NCBI GenBank assembly: GCA_046563655.1
Contig: CM102283.1
Coordinates: forward strand, 7,750,001 to 7,814,000
Source of the DNA: Yuukianura sp. NJ FZ-2021
Taxonomy: Eukaryota
Length of the DNA stretch: 64,000 nucleotides
Direction of reading: 5' to 3'
In this document: positions 12,758 through 24,470 of the stretch, piece by piece
Position numbering within the stretch: position 1 is the first letter of the stretch
Layout of the letters: every line of letters starts with the position of its first letter
The notes under the pieces: generated by a model
Told to the model about the DNA's origin: nothing
What the model saw: the letters and a program-made list of their open reading frames with translations, nothing else
Databases searched by the model: none
Translations under genes and position numbers: made by a program

Positions 12758-14979
12758 ATGTACGGGCTTTTTGCAACGCTGAAGGACTATTTGAAGCGAC
12801 AGGAGATTATTACAGATAATCCAGTCTTCCGAATTCATTGTACTTTTACGACGGTTCTTCTTATGGCCTTTTCCATGATTATTACCATGACGCAGTTCGT
12901 GGGACAACCGATTCGGTGTATCGTTGACGGCGTTCCGGCTCATGTCGTCAACACATATTGTTGGATCATGACGACATTTCTTATGCCAGGTAAGTTCGAC
13001 TTCGGTTTTAAGTTCGGTTGGTTCGAAAGTTTTAAATTCGAATCTTCTTCCGTTTGGTCCAGAATCTTTCAATCGTCCACAAGGAAGTCTAGCTGCTCCA
13101 GGATTGGACAACAACTATGGCGACATTTCAAAACAGAAGCATTACACCTACTACCAGTGGGTCTGTTTCGTTTTGTTCTTCCAAGCACTCCTGTGCTACA
13201 CTCCAAAATGGCTCTGGGATACATGGGAAGGCGGGTTGATGAAGACGATTGTTTGTGGACTTAACATTGGACTGAGATCTGAAGAAGAAAAGAATCAAAA
13301 GAAATCAATTTTAGTCGAATATCTCATCAGACATCTCAACGTAAGCTAATTAACTTTTTTTTAATTAATTATTTTAAATTAATTGCAATTATTTAACACT
13401 AAACGATGGCGGAAGTAGAAATAGAACTTGAAAATTTTGAGAGGCAGCGATAGCAACATCCATAGACTTTCACTTCTCTGAAACAAAACCCAGTTAAAGT
13501 TTAATTGAAGTTATTGAAGTTTGCACTACTTAAATTTTAATTGTTAACGTAATTAAAGCAACAATTAAAGTTTTGAATGTTGTAACTTTAAAAGTTAGAA
13601 TGATGAAGATTCTTACGCAAGCCAATGGCCGGTTGGGGCAAAATGAAACAGGAGCGCCACCTAGCGGTGCACGACTCTGAAACTAAAAGTCAATGCCTTA
13701 TATGGAATTCTTCTTTTTGCAAAGTTACTCATCACCGGAAGCGGAAATTTTGCAAAGTCTTGCAAATTCAAAACAAAATATGAAATGTTTTTTTGAATTT
13801 CTGACTTACGACTTTTTTTTTTAATTTCAGCAACACAACTACTATGCCTTCCGCTACTGGTTTTGCGAGTGTCTGTGTTTGATTAACATCGTTTTCCAAA
13901 TGATCCTGATGAATTGGTTCTTCAAAGGAGACTTCCGGAAGTACGGAGTGGATGTGCTCATGAGCCTTGGTGACGAAGACCAAGAAAACAGGGCTGATGC
14001 CATGATCAAAGTCTTTCCCAGGGTCACGAAGTGCACTTTCAGAAAGTAAGCTCAACTTTTTAGAAAAAGTGATTTTAAATGAAATTTAGAAAATTTAGAA
14101 ACTTTCAAATTCTAAAAATTGAAAATACGAATCCGTGAGTTCTTGGCTAGTCAAAAGCTAGAAGGTGAATAAGTTAGGTGTGCCGCTGTATAGGTTTTAG
14201 CGGTTTGCGTAGAGCTTGATTACTGGGCTATCTTCTGCAAAAATACCAAAGAGCGAATAGCGTTTCAGTTTATTTGTTTTCTTATCTCTCTCAATTTCGT
14301 TTTTGCACATGGCTCATCCCGCTTGGCCTATTTTTAGGTGCTGCAAAAGTGCCAAAAACTGATTTTGACACTACTTGAGAAATGAGAAAATTTCGAATTT
14401 TTTATATCCTGAAATTTTAACTCAACATTGTAATTTTGAAACAAAACTCAAAAACTTAAAACGCCAATGGAGCGAAAAGTGTCAAAAAAGTTTTGACACT
14501 ACAAAAATTTCCAACATTTTTTTCCTCAAAATTCAGGATACAAATGGGACAAATTGAGAAAAAATTGAGTTAATTTTTGAAAACGTCAATTTTTTTTTTC
14601 TTATTTTAGGTTTGGTCCTTCGGCTACAATTGAGTTGCACGACGCCATTTGCATTTTGCCGCTGAACATCGTGAATGAGAAGACGTACATCTTCCTCTGG
14701 TTCTGGTTCATCATCATGTCCATCCTCTGCGCATGCGTCGTCATCTTCCGCTGCATGCTCATCTTCTTCCCAGGTCTCCGCCCTAGACTCATGCATGCCC
14801 GTAACCGAATGGTTCCAGAAGATGCCATTGAATCTGTATCCAAGAAAGTGAGTGTCGGAGACTGGTGGGTTTTGTACATGTTGGGCAGAAATGTGGATCC
14901 ACAGATTTACAAGGACGTCATTGCAGAATTTTCAAAGAAAAACGACACGGCCTTCTCAAATAACCCCAAAAGTGCGTAG
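12758..14979 (+). CDS. ogre: Innexin 1 / optic ganglion reduced, 4 exons
   Basis: Exons 12758-12989, 13063-13340, 13831-14045 and 14610-14979. MYGLFATLKDYLKRQEIITDNPVFRIH, YTYYQWVCFVLFFQ and GDWWVLYMLGRNVDPQIYKDVIAEF closely follow insect Ogre/Inx1. Confidence 0.95.
13654..13667 (-). promoter_or_regulatory. CTCF-like insulator motif in ogre intron 2
   Basis: gcgccacctagcgg (reverse complement CCGCTAGGTGGCGC) matches the CTCF core. Motif match only. Confidence 0.5.
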
Positions 14980-16139
14980 TTTCTTTTGAAATTTAAAATA
15001 TCCTCCAGTTAAGTATAAATTGGTTGATGGACTGAATCACGAGGAATCGAATGTAGTTTTTCTGTATTTGGACACATGACAAATACATGTAAAAATGTAG
15101 AAAATGCGACAAAATTTTGCAAAGGTGGAAATTTTAAAAACAGAAGCTTAATTTTTAAAAAATTACTGACTAAGAAATCGAAAGGAGACAATAATGATAA
15201 AAAGTGTTCAAAATGTTTTTCAACTTTCGAATTAATTCATAATTTGAATTCTTAATTTTATTGTTGTGGGACGATACGCTATTTTTATGAAGAAAAAAGC
15301 CAGCTACTAACTCCTAGAAAAAATGCAAACTTGTTTAAGCTTAAATTTTAAGTTGCATGTTTTAAATTTTTAAAATCTAGAAATAAAAGTTGTTTTGTTT
15401 TTAAAACTTGTTCAAACCGAGGAGCCTTGCTTATTGTTTATTTTTTAACATGACTCAGACCTATTCAGAATCAGACCTCAACCTATTTATACTCAACTGA
15501 AAATTTATAAATATTGACTTGACCTTTGACGTTTGCTAACGATAACTTTTGTGCTTGATAGAACCTTACAAAGGAGAAGCGCCAGATTTTGAAACTCCAG
15601 CGACTTTACTCAAGTACGATCCACTTTAAAAACATTCGAGTTTGGAGATTTTCAAATTGGAACTTTATCCGGTGAATGCAAGTGGAGAGTGGCAAGTCCT
15701 AGTTTGTCCAGGTTCTTTTTGTTGAAAATTTAAAATGAGGTGAAAACTTTAAATTTTAAGTTAATTTTAACTGAAAGCTTTAAATACAGAAGGCAGCTAG
15801 TAGTTTTAAGTTTAATGTAAACTGTACAAACTGTTACCGTAAATCCTGGAATATACCAAAAATCCAACATCACAAGATTTAATCAAAAAATGTTACAACA
15901 AGCTTTTGATTTAAGTTTACGAGGGAGATTTTCGCTTTTGACAAGTGTAGTGTGATGTATTTTTTCACAAACACCAGAAAACAATCACAGTAATTTTACC
16001 GAAAAGCAGAAACGACGATGAAGTGCAATAAAGGCTATGTGTTACCTAATCTAAACAAACGTTTTTTTTTACAATCGCGGTAGAATTTGAATTTAGAAAT
16101 TTCATATTTTCCATTTTCCAAAGTCCTTGCGTCTTCGTT

Positions 16140-17932
16140 TCAACAATCTTCATCTACTTCGTACAAAAAGCGTTGCCCTTTGATCAACTTCCGATTGTAA
16201 CTTGTGCTTTGGACAAAAACGATGTACTTGTCGGAACCTTTCGGTTTTTGCTTCGTTGCTTTTCCAGCCTCGATTCCCGCCAACTCCCGCGCAGCCACCC
16301 ATCCAGTATAAAAGTCTTCCGTTTCCTTATCCATCAACACAACTTCCTTTTTGTCCGAAATACTCTCCGGTTTTGTAAATTCATAAAACCCGCGCCCAAC
16401 TTTGAAAATAAGTCCACGCGCCTGTGCAAACTGTTTAATAGCCATGTCCTGATCAACAGTCAACACTTGAAATCGACTAGGACTCACTGGAATCAGCGTC
16501 GTACCACTGCCAACCGTTGTACTGCTTACGGCTGCAGAAGATACTGGAATACTTGGAGCTTTGCCTTGAAGCTGATCAAACATTCGCCTCAAATTTGTCA
16601 CCATTCTCCCAGAAGAACTCAACTCATCATCAAAATTGTCTAAATTTTGTGTATTTTGAGAATTGTCACCTTCACGGTAACAAACTGCAACTAAAAAGTC
16701 AGTGATTGATGAAAATTGGTAGAGGCGCAAATGGAATCCAAGAGTAATCTGTGCAACTTCACGGTAAAAAGCATCCGAATCGGTGTACTTCAGTGCTTGA
16801 ACGGCATAGACCCTAATTCCTTTCTCTTTCAAATTTCGCGCTTCGGCTCTCCAATCAAGTCGTCTTGGATTGTCCGATGGTTCGTGTGCAGGAGCATCAC
16901 CGATCATGATCAGTGATTTGTTGGCACTGGCCGACCAATCAAATTTGTTTGCCACTTCGTTCATAACTAACTCATAGCATTCTGGAAAGTCACCGCCACC
17001 AGTAGCAGAGACGTTAGAGACAAAGTCAATCAGTTTTGTAACGTCTCCGGCTCCACATAATTTGTAGTTGTTTGCAGCTTTTGTGACGTAGCTACTGCCA
17101 GCATCGCAGTAGTCACCATGCGCAATGATTCCAAGTCTAATTGACGGAATTCGACTAGTTAAGTTGTTCAGGGTGTCACGAATTACACTCCGGACGGTGG
17201 ACAAGCATGGATACATGGAGCCGGTCGTATCAAACGAAATCACAATTTCAACTTTGTCCGAAATTGGAACTGGAACGCCTTTTGCAAAGAAAAAAAAATC
17301 AAAATTTTGAAAAATTAAGTTGCAAACAAGTTTAGTATCCGGCATTTTTATGAAAATTGCTAACCTGATGGCGCAGGCGCAGTCGGTGCAATCGTTGGTG
17401 GTGGAGATACAGTGACTGTTGGTGGATCAGGATCAGAATCCGTGGTAGAACGCGTGACACGCAATTTCTTAGCAACTGGAGCATCGTCATCTGCGTCTGC
17501 GCGTGGACTTTTTGACGGTGACGTCACAGTCGCAGCAGGAATTGGTTCATCTCCGTCATTTTTCTTATACAGAAATACCGTTCCACCAATTAAATTCCGG
17601 TTGTAGCTGGTCGACTGTACAAAGATTTTGAACTCTTTCAAAACTTCGTCACTGATCATGTAACGTCCATTTTTCTTCACTTTATCGTCAATTCCAAGTA
17701 CGCTGCGAATTGTAGCAGTTCCAGTGATGAGCATATCGGGAGACGATATACGCTGCACCAAAATTGTTTTATTTAACTGAATTATTTCAGGTTTGGACAA
17801 TTGGTAAAAACCGTTTCCAACTTTAAACGGAATTCCATTGGATTCAGAAAATTTCTTGATTGAAATTTTGTTGTCTTGATTTCCAGGAACTTCAATTGCA
17901 ACAAATTTTGAAAATGGAATTGTGTCTGCCAT
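16140..17932 (-). CDS. vWA-domain protein flanked by two copies of an uncharacterised STSYNR domain (about 568 aa), 2 exons
   Basis: Exons 17932-17365 and 17278-16140 are joined by a phase-1 GT-AG intron (1707 nt in total, in frame). MIDAS-like SFDTTGSM, IAHGDYCD, TGGGDFPECYE, LIMIGDAPAH. The N- and C-terminal regions share FKVGxGFY..KPExI and FVQSTSYNRxLI.G..FLY. Confidence 0.9.
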
Positions 17933-20202
17933 TTTAAATTTTAAAAGAACTTTATTTTTTTGTTGCTGCTTAGAAGGTAGTCAGAAATCGACTAGTAAAC
18001 CAAAACAAAAATGGGCAACAGGAGGAGTCTCTTAGGAAAAACGTTGATGTGTCGACGATTTGAAATCATTAGAATCTATGCCAAACAACGGCTATTGTTT
18101 TCTTTTATCATTTTTTTACGCCCATACGTCACCGTCTACTTTGTGATATTTCGTGTATGGAACGAGTTGGCAAAAAATTTGACGACCTTGAATAACGTCT
18201 AAAAGCAATGCGTGTAATAATATAACAAATCGCATGGAACCAAGAAAACCTGAATTTTGACAATTCTAGCTGCATGTAAACTGTTAATGCCTTTCCCGTA
18301 GTATACAATCGTTTACATGCGAAAACAATAATTATTTGCAACTAATTCTGAAAAGGGAACTCTCTCTGCCATTTCAAAACATTTTTAAGTTTTTACGTTA
18401 AAAGCTTTTCAAAAAACCGAAAAGTCGAAGTTAAAAAAAAACAATGAATTATCGAATACATGATGAAAAAATTTCTTTCTCAGTAAAATCACTATCTACT
18501 ACTATCTCATATGTATTTTTTATCGCGCTATCTCAAAAAGTATCTCTCCTAATTACAAAAACAAAGACTATGTTTTTTTTTCGAATCGATCACAACAAAG
18601 TCAATTCACGTCGTAAGTAAAACGTAAGTCAACATTTGACAAACGTTGACAAAGCAAACGTGACTCCACACACATATTTGACAACTGTCAGTAAACTATT
18701 ATAACGGCAAAGATCAAGTGTCAACAATTCTTTTGAGTATCTTTTTAAAGTCTATTAAAATTATAGTTATGACGCTCATAAAACGGCGGGAACACTCAAT
18801 TGATTCTGAAACGTTTCATAAAAATAATTTTCAAATTTTGGCTCAATTCCACCTGCTGGCTTTTCACTTTTTCCGTTTTTCGCCAAACTTTTTCTCATTG
18901 AGAATGCATTAAATGTCATAAAAAGTTTTATGATTTATACAATGTTATGACAAGTTTTTGGAGACGAAGACAGGAAAACGTTCTTTTCAACTAAAAGTTG
19001 ACACTTTTTATATTTGCACAATGACAGCCGTACGTGCGCTAAATTCAAAAATTGTGTCACACTGCAAACCACTATCTCGTCCATAAATCTGATGCTGACG
19101 GAAGATGAAGTGCCGAGAGATCATCATTTATTATTATCTATCTAAAAAAAACAAGCACAAAAGTCACAACTAAAAGCCATTTTTAAACTTTCCGCCTCAA
19201 CTCAACACCTTTCCTCATTTACTTGACTAGTGTGACCTCTTGACCCGTTTAGTTTAAATTTTCCCACTTGTCAAATTAGACATTTACTCGTTTTATCCAC
19301 CAAAAGTGACAAAGTTTGAATAATTTAGTTTAGCATAACTTTGAATTTGTGCTGAGTACACTTTTCCGTAAACAATTTGTGGGAAACACGCAAAACACTC
19401 CCTTGCGCATGACAAAAAAATGAAGATGAGAGTACTTGAGAGGATGGAAATGATTACATAGTCATTGGTCTTTGTGATATATGCACATTAATTATGCTTC
19501 TTTATATAATTAATTTGGTTTTTTTCTTACGCCAAAGGAGCGCCAAAAAATCAAAATTTAAAAAACTTGTTTTTATGTACCCACTGCTTGTGTAATAAAA
19601 AAAACGAGGTAATAAATGCGAATGCGCAAGTTACTGAGTCAAGTCCTGTGCTGATTGGCTGGCACACTTTTCTAGCCCATGAGGCACTTTCTCCTGATTA
19701 TTTATGCAAAAATGAGGAGGAATCGTTGCAAATTATATAACGGCTACTAAATTTGCAATGTTTATAATTTGCAAAGTTGCACCCATGGTTAGGGTAGGTG
19801 TTGGTTATAAAACGTATTTAGAAGTAGCAAATTACTTTGACACTTTGATCACAGGTCTAAGAATGAACATCTCTGTTGTTATTGGGGTTCCTTCCGGATC
19901 ATCTTCACGTTTTATTGTTTATAGTCAGAATGACAATCAGCGTCAAAAAAAACTTCCTCACGGAAAGTGAAAATCTTGTTTTTGGAATCAGTTTCATCAG
20001 TCACTAATAAACTTCCTCAAGAACAATCCAAACCAACGAAAAATGATCAGTTGAAGTTAAGGATTTGAAAAGTAAACAACTTTTAGCTGAGCTGCTGTTA
20101 ACGTGGACCAATTTAGTTAACTTTAGCTGTGGAATGTTAGATTCGTAGCGGGAAGTAGCAGAAGCTGCGTGGTTGTTATTTGAAAAGTGTACAAATTTGA
20201 AA

Positions 20203-23200
20203 ATGGCGGGCATCAAGTGCCTCATAGTCAGTTGTTGCATTTTGTTAATTTTTGGTGCGAGTGCGGTCCAAGCAGTAAAAGCAGGTAAACTTCTTTCAAA
20301 AATTTTAAATCAAAATTCAAAATTCCTTTTACAAAATAATTAAACAGTCAGAAATTCAAAATAATGTCGCTGGAAAAGTAACGAAACTATGTAAAAGAAA
20401 ATGTAATTCGGAGAAAAAGTATTTCGAATTTTTTCCTTTGCTCCTTTTTTTCAAAAAAATGCTTTTTTTAAGAAACAGCGTCAAAACCGCAAGGCCGACT
20501 TGCATTTATGAAACTTCCGGGGTCGAGTTCGTACATCCCCATCTTCGTGAACGACCAGGAAACGGCTTCTGCGCAAACGTCCTACAGTTACAAACCTCCA
20601 GAAGATGGCTACTCATATCCGAAGCCACCAACAAAAGATGGCTACTCCTATCCGAAGCCACCACCAAAAGAAGGCTATGTATACCCGAAGCCACCTTCCA
20701 GACTCCCGCCAATTCCCGAGTTCCCAACTCCAGATGAAGAAGAGGACCAAATAGACGCTGCCGGAGTGCCAGGGGTCACCCCAGGGCGGGAAGCAGAACA
20801 AACCACCAAACCGCCGGCAATTGGACTTGAAAATGACGAGGACATTGATTCCACAGGACAAGAGCCGGACAAGTTTCCACCAGGAGTATACGACCAACCA
20901 CAATTTGAAGGTATGCATTTTCAAAATTTTTGAAAATTTTTTAAATATAGTCAAATTCAATCGATTTGTTTCCAAAATTTTGTAGATTGTCACCCAACGT
21001 CATTGGATTGCATTCCTGGTACTCCAGGAGTTGACTATCCGACATATTCTGACGTTCCTAAAACAAATTTCAGATGCCCATCTATGTCCGGATACTACGG
21101 AGATGCCCAAGCACGGTAGGATTTTGAAATTTTGAATTGAAATTTTGAAAAATTGAAGTTTTGAAATAGTACCTAAAACTCGCGCCGTTTTAAATATTAA
21201 TTCAAAGCGACGGAGTCTCCAAGGAGGGAAAATTGAACAAAAAAAAAGCGGGAATGCAAATTGTCGTAATGGAATTTTCTCAGAATTTTTTGTTTAACTT
21301 TTTTTTAAATTCGTTTTTCAGATGCCAATCGTTTCACGTTTGTTTGAAAAAGCACGCCAAAGTTTTGCAGTACTCCTTCCTCTGTCCAAACGGAACAGTT
21401 TTTAGTCAAAACGACTTCATCTGTGTGTGGTGGCACGAATTCAAATGCGAAAACACGCCGACACTGTACCACTTGAATCGCTACCTCCACTGGGACGATG
21501 CTCGTGTTAGCCTTAAACAAAAAATAGGATATTTAAAACGCATGACCAAGCGACAACCAGAAAATGGTGGCATCAATCCCTTGAATTTCCCGCAACAACT
21601 TCTGCCCGCACTGAGCATTCGGCTGCCCGATTCCCGCCAGACGTACGGTCTTCTCCAGCCAACTCTCCCGCCAGTTTCAAAAACTTCCGTGTCAAAGACA
21701 GTATCTAGTCAGTATCAATCCCAATCACAAGGGTATGAAGATAACCACGACGCTCATGGCTTCATTGTCAACACTGGCTACAGTAGATCTACTCCGCAGC
21801 CCTGGAATCCGTGGGACGAAAAACCGACATCGGTAACTTTGGGTAGTAGCGAAGAGGAGGAGGATATCCAGCCTGGTGGATCTTATCCAACTCAAGCACC
21901 TCGGCGACCACGGCCACCGCCGAAACAGCCTCAGGGGTATCCGGATGAAGACGAATCGGAAGTACAACCAGGCGGATCTTATCCAACTCCAGCACCACCG
22001 CGACGACCGCGGCCACCGCCGAAACAGCCGCAGCGATATCCCGATGAAGACGAATCGGAAGTACAACCGGGGGGATCTTATCCAACACATCCTCCACCGT
22101 CGAACTATCCAAGACCGCGCCCAAAAGTAACTCAGCCACCGAGAAAGTATCAACCAGAACTACCGACACCAGAAGAAGACGAATCGGAAGTACAACCTGG
22201 CGGATCTTTTCCAACGACGACTCCTGCGCCGCCAAGATACAGACCGAAACCGATCACTCCAAAGCCATTCATACCCCCGCAACCTGCTGCATCAATGGAT
22301 GAAGATGAGTCGGAAGTACAACCTGGTGGATCCATTCCCACCATGCCAACACCAAAAACAAAACCACGCCCACGCATAACTCAGCCTCCAACAACTTACT
22401 TACCACCTACACCTAAGTACCGTCCCAGCAGTACAACTAAAAAACCGGACATTGGATTTACAGTACCGGACGAAGATGAAGAAGACGTACAAGCCGGTGG
22501 TTTTACCACCACAACTGCCCCAACGAAAGTAACAAGAAAACCTAAACCGACCTTAACATATTTACCGCCTTCAGAAGCTCCACCCCCACCACAGCAAGGG
22601 TATTCCGATTACCGGCCTCCGGTACAATATCGCGAACCGATTTATCAACAGAACTATGTAACTGGATACGTCGAACCTCAACTATCCTATTCCGTACCGT
22701 TGAGTTCTCCAGACCAAAGCTACTATCCCAAACCAGCACAAGTTCCGGCAAACCAGTACGATGGAGTAGCCATTTTCTTACCGCGAGATTCAAATGTTAT
22801 ACCAGCTAGGTCTCCGATTGGAACTTTACAGAAAGACTTTCTTCAAAATGGAGTCATTCCGGCACTGGGCCCGATCGAACCGGTACGAGCGATTAGCTAC
22901 AGCTTCCCACCAGCTCCTATTCCAATAAGCGTTGGACAGCAGCAACAGCTGATTCAAGCACAAGCGCGGTATCAGGAACAACTTCAAACGGATTCGAACT
23001 TTGAACCGTACCAGGTTCGGTACCAGCGACAGTCAAAACCAGTTGCCCAACAGCAAACCAGAAAGCAGGACCAGCGTTCAGCTCGGCAGTCAACGGTACG
23101 ACAAAGTCAGCAAGTACCGAAGAGACAAGCTGCTAGACGGAGCCAGAAAGCGAGCGATCCACTGGATGCTCAGGGTGCTTCAATGTCGTTTTCGGTAATG

Positions 23201-23854
23201 AAAAATCCATTTGAAAATCGGATCGTAGCTTCACCGATGAGAATTCAGTCGAGACAGTCGAACGATCTGGACACACAGACTCGGCCGCCACGTCAATCGT
23301 CACGACCGAGAAAAACTTCATCTCGGATGCCAGAAGGCATCAGAGCTCTGGACTTTCTGGATTCAAACGATGTGATTGACGATGAACCTCAACCAGCTTC
23401 CCAAGTATTTCCGATTGCTCTAGTCACTCCAGCTCCTACACCCTCACACATTCCTGTTTCAAGCGAAAGGTTTCAAGAACCGACATTTGACAACACCGAT
23501 TCAAATGGTCGTGTACCGGTAGTCCTTTCGGAACGTCTCAGAGATATTCTTCTGCCGGAAGAACTTGATGGGCCGCCGGAACTTGTTCGATCCCGTGAAG
23601 TTTTTGCACAGACGTTCATCAGTCGTGAAGACACGAACCCACGTGCCGTTGCTGCTCCAATCAGTAAGCAACATTCACCACCTCCAAAACCTCAGAAACT
23701 TCATTTTACTGTTGTAAATAGGCCGAAATATGTGAAACAAAGACCAATTGCCGTTGCAAAACCAAGGCCGCCGCGTCCAAGTACGACCATTCCGGACCAC
23801 AACCCGCGCCATGGAAAAAGAAATAGGTTTTGGCTGGATTTGACAAAATATTAG
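20203..23854 (+). CDS. Secreted chitin-binding type-2 (CBM14/peritrophin-A) protein, CPAP1-like, with long Pro/Thr/Gln-rich tail; 4 exons
   Basis: Exons 20203-20284 (signal peptide MAGIKCLIVSCCILLIFGASAVQA), 20479-20910, 20986-21115 and 21322-23854. Six-Cys domain IPGTPGVDYP..TNFRC..GYYGDAQARCQSFHVC..YSFLCPNGTVFSQNDFICVWWHEFKC. GYxYPKP cuticular repeats in exon 2. Confidence 0.92.
21850..22510 (+). repeat. Coding repeat DEDESEVQPGGS(Y/F/I)PT, about 6 copies with Pro/Arg-rich spacers
   Basis: gaagacgaatcggaagtacaacc recurs in the DNA, and the repeat is visible in the translation of ORF 21233..23854. Confidence 0.9.
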
Positions 23855-24079
23855 TTGTATTTAGTTAAATATGTTTTGAACAACGGTTGTAAAATAATAA
23901 TTATATTAATAAACAGAATACTAACAGATTTTAATTAATTAATTAAATAGTTACTGGAATTATCAATTGAAAGTAAAAATTTAACGGGCTGCGGCGGATA
24001 AAAGTGTTTGAGTTTACGTGCCCATATAATGGATGCCATGAATTTCAAATTTTCGCGCTGAGAATGTTCATTTGACGAT

Positions 24080-24262
24080 TCGAGAACAAAGAAGAAAAGA
24101 TGTGATTGGCTATGCAAGCTTTGTCTTCATCTATAAATTCAAAAATGGCGCCCTTTGCTAAAGAGGACGCCTCTGTAGGCAACGGCATGGTCTCACGCTA
24201 TTGGTGGATTGGAGACAAAGAAACTAGGCTGTGATTGGCTGCGCATTCCTTGCCATAAAACT
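24080..24262 (+). promoter_or_regulatory. Putative nanos promoter: repeated ACAAAG..TGTGATTGGCT (CCAAT box) plus TATA-like modules
   Basis: tgtgattggct at 24101 and 24230, further ATTGG at about 24200 and 24208, ctataaa at 24131, cataaaa at about 24254, and YY1-like aaaatggcg at about 24142. These lie 200-400 bp upstream of the ATG. Confidence 0.45.
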
Positions 24263-24470
24263 ACCTGCTCTGCGCCTGTGCAAGACGGCCATTCCTTTTC
24301 CTTTCCTTTGTTCTTGAGAACAAAGAGCTCAGTCTCTCACTAGACCTCGAAGAAGCAGCATCTCCTAGTCACTTTGTCTCCAGAATTTGACTGAAAATTG
24401 TTAAAATACTTGCCAGTATCCAGCATTTGGACTTATTACCATCACTTCTCAACTACATATCAACATCAAC

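Noticed and set aside
16140-17932. Bacterial contamination as the explanation for the vWA gene
   Set aside because: It has a phase-compatible spliceosomal intron with host-like A/T runs and lies within continuous arthropod sequence.
21305-23321. Antisense and alternative-frame ORFs over the chitin-binding gene (similar shadows over the vWA, ZP and RRP12 exons)
   Set aside because: Shadow ORFs caused by the codon bias and repeats of the real exons.
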